Assembly: GCA_024679065.1 (NCBI GenBank)
Contig: JAGIQG010000028.1
Span: 992,001-1,056,000, forward strand
Source of the DNA: Sphyrna mokarran
Lineage: Eukaryota
Reading direction: 5' to 3'
DNA length: 64,000 bases
Below the pieces are notes generated by a model. The model worked only from the letters and a program-made list of their open reading frames with translations, ran no database searches and was not told the origin of the DNA. The position numbers and the translations under genes are program-made. Positions 1 through 10,833 of this stretch are shown here, in pieces; position 1 is the stretch's first letter; the number at the start of each line of letters is the position of its first letter.

Positions 1-59
1 GAAATTAGTGATGGAAAAAGTGGAAATGGCAGATGAATTGAACAGATTTTTTACATCAT

Positions 60-475
60 AGGAAATGCTGGAAAAAGTTCAGCATCTGAGGAGAAAGAAA
101 CAGATAGTGTTTTGTCCTACAGAGTTCAAGACAGGGAGAAACGTGATGGATTTTATACCTCATAAATGGGGATGGAACAAGTGGAGCAAAATTTAACTGA
201 GATTTCACTGCCTCCCAATGACCCCCCCTCCCCTCACCTCACAGTGGTTAGCAGCACACTCGTCTGTCTGCCCAATCCCCTGTACCTCAATCCTCACCCA
301 TTCTCCTACCTCCTGGAACCATGTCTTCACTTTTCACCCCATTGATCTCCAAATTCAAAGGATCATTCTCTGACTTTTCCACCAACTCCAGCATGATGCC
401 GCCAAATATATCTTCCCCTCACCCCCAAACCTCTGGCAGTATTCTGCTAGGACCACTCCCTGTCAACACCTCTCT
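60..475 (+). mobile_element. Penelope-like element fragment (terminal-repeat remnant plus ORF linker fragment)
   Basis: 60-115 matches the 'aaatgctggaaa..cagcatctg..gagaaagaaacag' terminal motif that recurs at 24340 and 31050; ~322-470 decodes to degenerate VFTFHP...IQRIIL..FHQLQHDA, typical of the RT-to-GIY-YIG region of fish Penelope ORFs. Confidence 0.6.
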
Positions 476-616
476 TAATTTTGATATAATTAGTATGGAG
501 TATTTTCGTGCCTAGAGGGCTAGTGAGCCATTGTGTTGTTTCTGGTGCTTAGCTGCAGGTGCTCCATAGAGTTTCCATTCAATAAGACTCATCACAAAGA
601 TGGTAGATGGAAGTTT

Positions 617-727
617 GGGGCCTCATTTGCCCCAAAACCAGAAAATCCCACCCAAGGTCAATGAATCTTTCCATGATGCACCCCTCACCCATTCCAATTT
701 CTGTGGCAGGGAGGAGAGTAAAATTGA
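617..727. mobile_element. Harbinger-type MITE remnant
   Basis: Shares the core 'ccccaaaa..gaaaatcccacc.aggtcaatg' and an 'aaaatt' end with the copies at 28054-28178 and ~34200-34317. Confidence 0.5.
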
Positions 728-2138
728 TGAGTCCAGGAAAAGCTCTAGGCACTGATGAAGTAATGACAGAACAGCCATTGCAGAAACAGAAGGAGGAATA
801 GAAATTTGTGATGAAATTTATACCAAAAGATACTTTCCCAGTAACTGGGTTGTTTCAGATCCCTGAATCATTAGTTCAGCAACAAATCCATTATGCTACC
901 ATATCTGATTTGGATCATACAACTGTGTTCAAAGATCTCTAATTCGTTAAGCTCTGATTTATATCGTCTTCAGACTTACAATCAATGAAAAGTATCTCTT
1001 GATTGATAGTAATGTATTTTGGCATGACAAAGATCTCACCTTTAAAAAGGAAGGAAGCTTTTCTCAGCCTCTATAATTAAGATATGAAAGTGAAATGTAT
1101 TTATTTGCAACACTGTAAGGAGTGAAGAATGGATTGCAACGACATTTAGATACACAATCCTATTTAATGTTTTCAGTGAAAACACACTGAAATGAACCTA
1201 TGATCTGTGAGTTGGTGTGGAGGTTCTGATCAATAAAACTATTCTTTATTATTATCTATGCTGTTTGAAATGCAGGGCTGTAACAAAGAGAGGAGCCGTT
1301 AGGATATTTGCTGCTTTGTTCACACTGACTCCTTCCCAAAGATCTGCTGTCAGTGTGTCATACTCACCAACCTGGCACCATCCTCATACATCCATGGAGC
1401 TTGTCTGTAACAGCTCTGTGATGTCTATCACCCAGTTATACTGAGACTGACTCCTCTTTCTGTTTGCCTCCACTCTCCCTTCTACAAGAAATCTCTGCAA
1501 CCTGCCAGCTCTGAGCAAGTGGCCAAAATACTGACATTAACTTTTCTGGATTCTAAGTTCCTTTTGTTTTTGCTATTTCAAAAACCTTTTCACATTTGAA
1601 TGTGTAATTTTTAGCAAACACCTTGGCAACCACATTTCAACAGCTTTGATTTTCTTCCAAAAATGTTTATTTATTGTCCAGATTTCTGAGAACTACAGGA
1701 AAGTAGAGAATGGAACATCTTATGTTTTTCTTTCTTGTTACAAGCTTGTTTTTTTCCCCATCTTCATATAATTACCTCCGATCATCTCAATCTGTCTTCA
1801 GACTTTGTCATTCCATCCAGTATCTTTTGTTATCAATTGTCCTAAACTGACAAACCTATCAACTTATTCTAGTGCAACACTATCACTTCAGTCTTCACCC
1901 TAGTTTCTTCTAATGTATTCCTCTAACTACTATTGTTTTTGTCTTCATTCTAAAATTTTAGATTTTAGGATATTTCATTAGTCCTCTCCTGATTCTGAGT
2001 GAATGTCAGCATTCCACAAATCTGTAATGATCTTTCCTCCACGTTTTACCCCGAAAGTATATTTGACTCTGAATATTTGTTCTGTGTACAGATGGAATAA
2101 TTCCTGTAATTCTTCACTTGAAACAACAGTGAGGCATT

Positions 2139-2431
2139 TTAGGACGAGAGATCACAATCTTAGAATGAGGGGTAGCAAATTTAAGAGTTGAAGAGAAACT
2201 ACTTCTCCAAAGGGTTCTGAATCTATAGAATTCGCTACCCCAAAGTGTGATGGATACTGGGACAGTGAATAAATTTAAAGAGTTAGATTTTTAATCGGTA
2301 ATGGGTTAAAAGGTTATGGGGAGAAGGTAGGAAAATGGAGATGAGGATCATATCAGACATGATCGAATGGCGGAGTGGACTCGATGGGCTGAATGGTCTA
2401 AATCTGCTCCTGTATTTTATGAACTATGAAC
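2139..2431 (+). mobile_element. CR1 LINE 3' end
   Basis: RTRDHNLRMRG motif, then the 3' UTR 'gatgggctgaatggtcta..ctgctcct' and a (tatgaac)n tail. Confidence 0.85.
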
Positions 2432-2502
2432 ATGTCTGATTGTCCATCTTCAAGCCTGATGTTTATTATTTGGTCCCAATATTGATTCTGGTAAATCATG
2501 AT

Positions 2503-3858
2503 AGATCAGAGGCGGAATGCCCATGACCGCTGAAGTGTTCCCCAACACAAAGAGAACGGTTTTGCTTGATGATTGTCGAGCGGTGTTCATTCATCAGTTA
2601 TCATAGTGTCTGTATAGTCTTCCCAATGTACCATTCCTTGGGACATCCTTTCCTGAACGTATCAGGTAGACAACATTGGCTGAATTGCAAGAGTATGTAC
2701 CATGCACCTGGTGGATGGTGTTTCCTTGTGAGAGGATGGCATCCGTGTCGATGATCTGGCATGTTTTGCAGAGGTTGCTCTGGCAGGGTTGTGTGGTGAC
2801 GTGGTCACTGTTCTCCTGAAGGCTGGATAGTTTGCTGTGGACAATGGTCTGTTTGAGGTTGTGCAGTTGTTTGAGGCTGTAACTGCTCTGTGATGTGGGG
2901 ATGGCCTTGGCAAGATGTTCGTCTTCATCAATGATATGTTGAAGGCTCCAGAGAAAATGTTCTAGCTTCTCTGCTCCGGGGAAGGACTGGACAATGAAGG
3001 GTACTTTGTCCACTGTGTCCCATGTTTGTCTTCTGAGGAGGTTGGTGCGGTTTCTCGCAGTGGTGTGTTGGAACTATCAATGAGTCAAGCGCCATATCCT
3101 GTTCTCATGAGGGCATCTTTCAGCTTCTGGAGGTGTCTGTTGCAATCTTCCTCATCTGAGCAGATCCTGTGAATATGGAGGGCTTGTCCATAGAGGATGG
3201 CTTCTTTCAAGTGTTTATGGTGGAAGTAGAGTATCGTGAGGTTATCCATGGGCTTGTGCTAGAGTGCGGTGCTGAGGTGACTGTTCTTAATAGAGATGTT
3301 TGTTTCCAAGAATGTAACCAATTTTAAAGTCGTCCATAGTGAGTCTGATGGTGGGTTGGAACTTGTTGATGTCATCATATAGTGAACAATCACTGAAACA
3401 ACTATGAGACCAAAGGAAGAAAATGTCATCGATGTATCAAGTGTATAACATCAGTTGAAGGTCTTTTGCGATGAATAAGTCTTATTCGAACCTGTGCATG
3501 AAGATGTTGGCATATTGAGGTGCGAATTTGGTCCCCATGGCTGTTCCATGAGTCTGGTTGAAGAACTGGTTGTTGAAGGTGAAGACATTGTGGTCCAGGA
3601 TGAAACAGATGAGTTGTAAAATTGCATCTAGAAACTGGCAGTTGTCAATGATGAGCACTGAGGCAGTTGCAGCAATGCAATCGTCATGGGGGATGCTGGT
3701 GATGAGCACCGAGACATCCATTGTGACGAGAAGTGCTCATCGTTCAACTGCTCCATGTGTGCTGAGTTTCTGTAGGAAGTCCGTAGTATCACGACAAAAG
3801 TGGGGGGTTTTTTGTACAATGAGTTTCAGGATGGCCTCAACGTAGCTGGAGAGGTTCT
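2503..3858 (-). mobile_element. Penelope-like element ORF remnant (RT + GIY-YIG endonuclease), with frameshifts and stops
   Basis: MDVS.L.TSIPH, GTAMGTKFAPQYANIFM, YIDDIF (3425-3436), C..C..C..I, SCNSANVVYLIR. Confidence 0.92.
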
Positions 3859-4186
3859 CTTGGGTTCATGTCACACTATCTGTAACCCACATGACTTGCC
3901 TGGGCTTGCAAAATCTCACTAACTGTCCTGTCTGAAGACAATACACATCTCTTTAACCTATGCTTAACGCTCTCTCCACTCAAATTGTCTGTACCTTTAA
4001 GAGTTGATTGGCTGTAAACATTTGCATTCCAATCATTATTCTGTAGATTGAGTTGTGTCTTTCTATGCCTTGTTTGTGAACAGAACTCCCATTCACCTGA
4101 TGAAGGAGAAGCACTCCGAAAGCTAATGGTATTTGTTACCAAATAAACTTGATGGACTTTAATTTGGTGTTGAGACTTCTTACTGT
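3859..4186 (+). mobile_element. Inverted Penelope pseudo-LTR (ORF C-terminus plus 3' UTR) at the 5' end of the minus-strand element
   Basis: Starts with LGFMSHYL*, the Penelope ORF end, in the orientation opposite to the adjacent RT; contains a hammerhead motif and aataaa; homologous copies at 6692, 20640 and 60379. Confidence 0.85.
4094..4128 (+). ncRNA. Minimal type I hammerhead ribozyme motif (Penelope-associated)
   Basis: cac-CTGATGA-a-GGAG-aagca-CTCC-GAA-AGCT-A-atg: intact core boxes, 4-bp stem II, palindromic AGCT stem III; one mismatch in stem I. Confidence 0.75.
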
Positions 4187-5334
4187 ATCACTATTTCATT
4201 AGTGCCTGAAGATTTTCGTAGATTCATCAATTTTAAAACAGTTTTTACTTCTGGTATCAGAATGTTTGATCCATCATTTGCCTTTATATCTTGAGGACTT
4301 CTTCAGTTTGGGGCAATGCACAATTCACTTTTATATTCTATCTTTCTGCTGCTATATCCCTTCCAAACCCTTTACCAGCTTTGTATTTTATGTGCCTATT
4401 ATCTGTTGTTATTCTTTTCTTCTGTCAAAGATTTTACCTTTTGATGTTTAATTCACATGGTTTGCTTTCATTTCTGCTCCAATTCTTCATCCTCATTACA
4501 TCATTTCTTGTTAGCTGTCTATGTGCTTTCTTTCTGTTTTCAGTTTCATCATATTAAATGTGTTCCTTTTCTTTCATCTCATTAAGCTCTCATCTCTCAC
4601 CCATCCTTGTCTCTTTCTCTTTTCTAGTTTGGTAAGATTTCCTTTGCAGAGTATTCCATATTCTCTTTCACATATTTCCATTTCTTTTTAATTTCTGTTT
4701 ATTCTGATTCCTTGATCCTGAAACAGTCATGCTGCTTTTTTACTGTAAGAGTGAATCTTTCTCTCTTATTTTCTCATCCTGCCATCTGTTAAGATCTGAA
4801 CAGTTACATGTCTTTTTTTGTATTTTCAGTTTTGACTTATCTTTGCCACGAGGAGACAATGACCTGAGTTTACATCCACCCCGGATTACAGTATAAAATG
4901 CTGTTTCAGCATCACATTGTCTATTTGATTTCTATACACATCACCTATTCTTTCGAATTGTTTCAAGGTTAATCAAATCAGACCCAATCACCATCAGATC
5001 ACTTCCTTGACAAAACTGTATCAGTCTTTCTCCTCTCTCATTTTATAATGTGAGGTCATTCTGACTAATATATGTTCTTTTACCAATTTTATTCACTTAT
5101 TATAATTACATCAGTAGATCTGACAAAAGCACTTCAAGATGTCACCATAAAATGCCTCCATTTCCTGCTCACTTATCTTGTGGAGTTATAAACTTGAGTA
5201 AAAACCATCCTTTGAGTAAAAAAGATCCTTTGATCTTAATCACAATCCTTCTTTCTGAAAATGACCAATAAACTAATCTCTTATTTCTTTTGGTTATTGG
5301 GATTCCTACTCCATTCCTGTTTCTCTTTCTAATA

Positions 5335-5470
5335 AAAGAGGAATAAGGGAATATGGGGAACAAGTGGGGAGATGGATTAAAGACCAGGGAGAGATCAGCC
5401 ACGATCTGATTGAATAGCGGAGCAGGCTCTAAGCACTGAGTCCGCCTACTTCTCCTAATTCCTATGTTTC
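5335..5470 (+). mobile_element. CR1 3' UTR remnant
   Basis: 'agatcagccacgatctgattgaatagcggagcaggctc...cctacttctcctaattcctatgtt'. Confidence 0.75.
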
Positions 5471-5802
5471 TCACCTCCCAAGAAATATGCAATTCTTCTT
5501 TTCCATCTGACTAGATTCTAACCATCTTCCTTCTGCAAGTCTGAGTGAACCAACACAGTGTCTAACATCACCTGCATTCAGTCACTGAGCTTCCTACCTT
5601 ATATGAAAGTTGAAGAATAGGAGATATAGGAGAGGTTTGCTCCCTACAGCTGGATGTATTGTAAGGAGTGGCAGGGGAGGAGAAGACCTTGCACAATGAT
5701 CTAACCAACACATTTATTACAAAGTTGACTTAACCTCACAGGAGAGGTCAGCTTCTGAACCCATTACACTCACCGGAAGAGGTTGCTTCTTTAGGATAGG
5801 AG

Positions 5803-6089
5803 CATAGAACATTACAGCACAGTACAGGCCCTTCGGCCCTCGATGACCTGTGAAACCAATTTAAAGTCCATCTAACCAATACTATTCCAATATCATCCAT
5901 ATGTTTATCCAATGACCATTTAAATGTCCTTAAATCCAGTACTGTTGCAGGCAGGGCATTCCACGTCCTTACTACTCTCTGAGTAAAAGAACCTACCTCT
6001 GATATCTGTCCTATATTTATCACCTCTCAGTTTAAAGCTATGTCCCCTCGTGCTAGCCATCTCCATCTAAAGAAAAAGGCTCTCACTGT
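5803..6089 (-). mobile_element. CR1 LINE 3' end
   Basis: FTQRVVRTWNALP...LDKHM, with a 'catagaacattacagc' tail. Confidence 0.9.
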
Positions 6090-6381
6090 ACTCCCAGGAC
6101 CAAGGACTATAAAAGCTTTATATCAAATAGGAAAACTGATAATTGCAAACAGCTAATGGACAGACACAGCTACGGCTATATATTTAGAAAAATGACACAA
6201 AATATATGATTTACTTAAATACATGTTGACAATGTTGCAATTACACTTCAAGCTCAAAGCTACTTCCAAAAACTATAAAACTAAAAATCATCTATTTCTT
6301 TTCCCTTTATTTCAACATTTTTTTAACAACTATTTTGCTGGCAAAGTATGAAGTACCAATGCAGAACCAGCCAAAAGATAC

Positions 6382-6910
6382 ATGCAAAGGTGCTTCATAA
6401 GAGAGTTACAAAGCACCATTTAACAATGAACCACATAAGACAGGTGACCAAAAGCTGGATCAATGTTAGGGAGAGTGAGGTAGAGAAACAGAGAGGTTAA
6501 GGGAGAGATTGCCAGCTCAGGCAGCTGAAGGCACAGTCACCAAGGATGGGACAATTCATATCAGGGATCCTGAAGTGGGCGGAATGAGAAGTATGCAGAG
6601 ATCTGGGAGGCTTGTGGGAAGATTAGAGAGGCAGAGGCCATGGAAAACATGAAAACAAGGATAAATATTTTGAGATGAACTTGTTCTTCAACTGTAAGAA
6701 TACCAGGTTAAAGTCCAGCAGGTTTAGTCAGAGAGCGCTGTTCCTTCATCAGGTGAGTGACTCATCTGAAGGTGCAACACTGAATCCAAGTAGACCTGCT
6801 GGACTTTAATCTGGTGTTGTGAGACTTCTTACGTTGCTCACCCTAGCCCAACACCAACATCTCCACCTGGTTCTTTGACTGGCAGCTGAAGAGTGAGCAG
6901 GGAGAAATTG
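6382..6910 (-). mobile_element. L2-like LINE remnant, interrupted by a Penelope mini-element
   Basis: 'caggtgaccaaaagct', 'ggcagctgaaggcac' and 'gaaaacaaggat' motifs; similar 3' ends at 38970 and 40660. Confidence 0.6.
6692..6867. mobile_element. Palindromic Penelope mini-element (two pseudo-LTR ends head to head)
   Basis: ccaggttaaagtccagcaggttta (6703-6726) is inverted relative to tagacctgctggactttaatctgg (6791-6814); centre caggtgagt-g-actcatctg. Confidence 0.8.
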
Positions 6911-7701
6911 GGTGGAAGAAAAATGTAACATATGGAGTCAGACTGGGCTTCAATTACAATAGTCAAAGCTGGAATTCACAAAGGCAGCAGTTGAGGCCCG
7001 GCTGTGATACACTCTGACCTGACAGGTACAAATAAAGAAACACAAGACAGGACAGACAGCATTACTGCTGCAATGTTGAATACAATGGCACTTACAATAT
7101 CTCATGGTTGCAATCTCTGATTTTATATTAACCTTGGCCAAGAATTACTGGATCCTGGCGGCTCCGAATCTAATTATAAACTTGATGCAGATTTTACCCT
7201 CACATTAAACTGATCTCACTTGGAAGAAACACAGGGAGCAAGTCAGGGCATTAGATTTTCATCAACGTGGAAAGTGGAAATTCCCCTGATATTAAATCAA
7301 TGATAAAATCTCTCACCCACTGCAAAATGAGACACGAATATTGAATCATCACTTTAAAACATAGCCCTGAATTAAAGAGAGATTTGCCCCAAATTGCTAG
7401 TTACGTTTTTAAGTATTTATTGGTCTTTAAGCAAGTTTTAATCCATCTGGATTCTGTTTTGCGATTCTCATATCCGCATTAAAATGATTCTGATTTTGAT
7501 CATTTCGAATGTTTGGTCATATTAAACATTGTGGGTCTGCCATTTATTACTGTCCATAAAAGTTCATTTCAAAAATTTTATAGAATGGCCCAATTTCTAC
7601 CAACCACCTCCCCAGGGCTGATTTTGAGATGGAAAGGCAAGATCTGGGGACTTTGGTTGAAGTCTTGTCTATCCTGAGTTGCCCTTTATCCTGAGGTTCC
7701 T

Positions 7702-7961
7702 TAAAGTTTATTTGAAGTTACTGTGAAATTTCCCTAGTCACCACATTCCAGCGCCTGTTCGGGTACACTGAGGGAGAATTTAGCACAGCCAATGCGTGTA
7801 ACCAGCACGTCTTTCAGACCGTGGGAAGAAACTGAAGCATCTGGAGGAAACCCACACAGGCACAGGGAGAACATGCAGACTCCACAAAGACAGTGACCCA
7901 AGCCGGGGATCCAACCTGACTCTGGCACTGTGAAGTAACAGTGCTCAACACTGTACCACCC
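7702..7961 (-). mobile_element. tRNA-derived V-SINE (HE1-like head and core, alternative tail)
   Basis: A/B-box-like head, V-core 'gtgtgggtttcctcc', tail 'gactagggaaatttcacagtaacttc..aataaacttta'. Confidence 0.85.
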
Positions 7962-7976
7962 TCTATCCAGAGTCCC

Positions 7977-8332
7977 GGTGAGGGTGGGGACAGTGTGGGT
8001 GTGGGGACGGTGTGGAGATGGGGACAGTGTGAGTGTGGGGGTGGGGACGGTGTGGAGATGGGGACAGTGTGAGTGTGGGGGTGGGGACGGTGTGGAGATG
8101 GGGACAGTGTGAGTGTGGGGGTGGGGACGGTGTGGGGGTGGGACGGGAATGGGGATAGGACGGTGCAGGGATGGGGTGGGGGACACGGACAGTGCGGGGG
8201 TGGGGATGGTATGGGGGTGGGGACAGTGTGAGTGTGGGGATGTGTGGAGATGGGGACAGAGTGGGTGTTGGGGTGGGTGCTGGGGTGGGGGTGGGGACAC
8301 GGACGGTGCGGGGGGTGGGGACAGGGACAGTG
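7977..8332 (+). repeat. G-rich minisatellite, 40-bp unit (3 exact copies at 8001-8120, then degenerate)
   Basis: Unit gtggggacggtgtggagatggggacagtgtgagtgtgggg is directly visible. Confidence 0.95.
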
Positions 8333-9790
8333 ACGTGTGAAGCTCCCTCCCACTCCCCGACTTGGCAGCAGCGTCAGCGGGCGGGGTGTGAGCCTGGAGC
8401 CGGGAGCTGGGAGCCGGGCAGCCGCTGCCAGTCTGTGCCGGGCTCCGGCTGGGAGCGAGCAGAGCGGCAGCGGCTCCCGGAATAGCCGCTCTTCCCGCCG
8501 TATTCCCGGCTCCCGGCTCCATTCTCCCGGGCTACCCCGATCCGGTCTCCCCCCTGCCCAGGTCTCCCTCTCCCCTCCTCCCGGTCCCGGTGCCCTCTCC
8601 CCCGGGCTCAGCCCCGGTGCTCTCCCTCTCCCGGGTCCCCGGCAGGATGTTCCCCTGGAGAAGCGGGAAGGCGGCTCTGCTGGAGGAGGAGCGGGCCCGG
8701 GGAGGGAAGCGGCTGGCGGCGGCGCTGGGTTTGTCCCCGCTGCTGGCGGCGTTGCTGCGGGCCGCTCCCGGGGCCTGGGGCCGCTGCTCTCCGGGCCGCC
8801 TGGGCAGCGCCTTCCGCCGGCGGCGCCAGAAGCTGGAGCTGACGGCCGAGGACCCGAGTTACAGCGCCTGGTATCTGGGCAGCGCGGTGACTCTGGCGGG
8901 CCGCGGCGAGGGCTGCTGCCGGGAAGCACTGGGCCGGATCTGGGCCCGGAGCTGGCAGGGGGCAGCCGGTACCCGGGTCCAGCTCAGCATCGGGCCGCAC
9001 GGCCTCCGTATGGGCCAGTCGGAGCAGAGGGGCCGAGAGGCCGCCGCCCACCTCTATCTGCTTCACCGCATCAGTTACAGCGCGGCGGAGCCGCAGCGCG
9101 GCCGCCTCTTCGCCTGGGTTTACCGGCACCAGCTCCGCCACAAGGCCGTGGTGTTGCGCTGCCACGCCGCGCTGCTTTCCCGGGCCGAGCAGGCCCAGGC
9201 CCTGGCCCGCCTGCTCCGCCAGGCCTCCGCCGCCGCCTTCAGCCACTTCCAGCGCCTTAAGCGGCAGGACGACGCCCGGCACCGGCAGCAGCAGCGGCTC
9301 GGGGAGCTCTCGGTGCCCCGCGTCCCCCTCCGGAGGCTCCTGAACGGTCAGTGTCCGTACCGTCCCCCGGCCGAGCGCAGCGGCCAGCGCCTCGGCTCCA
9401 TCGCCGAGGATGTGCAGGGGGAGGAGGCGGAGGAGAGCAGCTACCAGCCGCCCGCAGACATCAGCGGCATCGCCCGGCAAATCCACCGCTGCAGCATCGG
9501 GCACGGAGTCAGAGTGAGCAGCCTGCCCTCCGGAGACAGCCGCTCCTTCCCCCGGCACCAGGCAGCCTGAGCCCCGGGCTGCAGAGCGAGAGCGCCGCAG
9601 CCGGAGCCGCACTCACACCGGGAGCAGCCTCAGCCTCAGCCCGTGTCCGAGTGAGGAATCTCCCGGAGACTTACAGACAGCGGCGGCGGCAGGAGCAGCA
9701 ATCCCGTCCCCAGGCATCAGCACCGACTTCCGAACACCCAGAGAGGCAAACCTCCATCAATCCGCCTGCAGCTAAACCCCCCACCCCCGG
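8330..9790. promoter_or_regulatory. CpG island covering the promoter and CDS of the FAM43B-like gene
   Basis: Very high GC and CpG density against a CpG-depleted, AT-rich background; TGACGT (8331-8336), TTGGCA (8362-8367), CGTCA (8372-8376), GC box GGGCGGGG (8379-8386); no TATA box seen. Confidence 0.85.
8647..9570 (+). CDS. FAM43B: Protein FAM43B-like (single coding exon, PTB/PID-like domain), 307 aa
   Basis: ATG at 8647 with A at -3. MFPWR start, RQKLEL..EDP.Y..WYLG.AVTL, GPHG.RM, FAWVYRHQ.RHKAVVLRCHA, F.RLKRQ.D.RH, PLRRLLNGQC.YRPP, RL.SI.E and an acidic tail all match FAM43 proteins as I know them; HQ.RHKAVVL is B-type. Orthology versus paralogy is not proven. Confidence 0.9.
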   Translation: MFPWRSGKAALLEEERARGGKRLAAALGLSPLLAALLRAAPGAWGRCSPGRLGSAFRRRRQKLELTAEDPSYSAWYLGSAVTLAGRGEGCCREALGRIWARSWQGAAGTRVQLSIGPHGLRMGQSEQRGREAAAHLYLLHRISYSAAEPQRGRLFAWVYRHQLRHKAVVLRCHAALLSRAEQAQALARLLRQASAAAFSHFQRLKRQDDARHRQQQRLGELSVPRVPLRRLLNGQCPYRPPAERSGQRLGSIAEDVQGEEAEESSYQPPADISGIARQIHRCSIGHGVRVSSLPSGDSRSFPRHQAA

Positions 9791-10827
9791 AGATTCCTAC
9801 AGTAATAACAGGACAGCGAAACAGACATTACAAAAGTTTCACAACTTGAGACTTTTTATTTAAGGTGATATTCACTTTGGAGTGTGTGTATATATAAAAT
9901 GTGTATATATGAGAGTGATAGTGCTGAGTGAAAAGCTGCCATCCATTAACTTATAACTAACTATAGAAAGTGAACTTTATTTCGCACAGAGCGCGACTGC
10001 TGAATAGATCAAATGTCACAAAGCGATAACGTTCTCATCGTAACACTAAAGCCGTAGATTCCTGCTCAATGGGTCCATAGAGTCAGTAATTTATTCCTTA
10101 GAAAATCACAGTCGGTGCATAAAGCGGAAAATATAACTTGTGTTTTGCCACATCATCTATTTTACACGGTATTTTATGATATTAATGTAGTACAAACTAT
10201 AAAGCTCATTACATCAGTTAATATTCGTTTAGCGATTTTTATTGGGTGTGAATACATTATTGTGGAATGGTCGAAACATTCTCATTCACAAATGTTACCC
10301 GAATGTGACAATCGCTCTGTTTATGTAGAAGCCACGTGAAAATAATCAGGATAGACAGCTCGGCTTCAGGCTTTATTAGATATCAGCTTCTTCTTTATCT
10401 ACTATGACACTAAGTACAACGTATTTGTGTTCAGAACTGTAAGAGACTGTCCTGAGATTTTCCGGCGCAGACGGTTTGACAGTGTTCTGATTTCTGTTAA
10501 TATTAAACTCTGTTCTCTTCCCCCACACACTCTAACAATCTTTCCTTGGTTGCCAGGCTTACACATCCTTTCCTTCAGAAATAACTCTGGTTCACTTTCC
10601 CCCGAAACATCAATGTTAGCTGGGGTATAGAAAATTCTTTCAATCTTGCATGCTATTATACATCAAAGCTAAGTTATTGATCAGGAAAGAATACTCTGTT
10701 TCAATTCTGAGCTGCTGAATGTCCAAATGTGAGAATTAAAGATGTTCTTTGAGAATTTGAAGACAGTGTGTTTGTAGGGAGTGTTTTAACTCCAGTATCT
10801 GGTATGTGGACATATACAAAGTCAGTG

Positions 10828-10833
10828 AATAAA
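10828..10833 (+). terminator. Candidate polyadenylation signal of the FAM43B-like gene
   Basis: First AATAAA I see after the stop codon, followed by GT/T-rich sequence; implies a 3' UTR of about 1.3 kb. Confidence 0.45.

Larger units (their letters stand above)
1650..5170 (-). mobile_element. Old RTE-clade LINE, interrupted by a CR1 tail and a Penelope element
   Basis: Minus strand gives degenerate RTE motifs in the expected order: NERGERLIQF, YRNQID and PGVDVNS.H (APE, ~4850-5045); ILIPEVKTVLKLM..RKSSG.NEI (~4190-4264); YWDQ..IRLE (~2440-2500); LFHLYTEQIFR, GVK.GG.II.DL.NAD, KTK and LE.VD.FV.LGQLIT.D (RT, ~1780-2110). Confidence 0.7.

Noticed and set aside
7734-8522. His/Pro-rich 262-aa ORF
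   Set aside because: Translation of the G-rich minisatellite and the SINE
8590-8646. 19-codon N-terminal extension of FAM43B in the ORF track
   Set aside because: Begins at GTG; family homology and Kozak context start at ATG 8647
8608-9612. 334-aa antisense ORF, plus the 371-aa (7814-8929) and 307-aa (8337-9260) overlapping ORFs
   Set aside because: Expected shadows of extreme GC content; low-complexity Pro/Ala/Gly/Arg products with no recognisable motif
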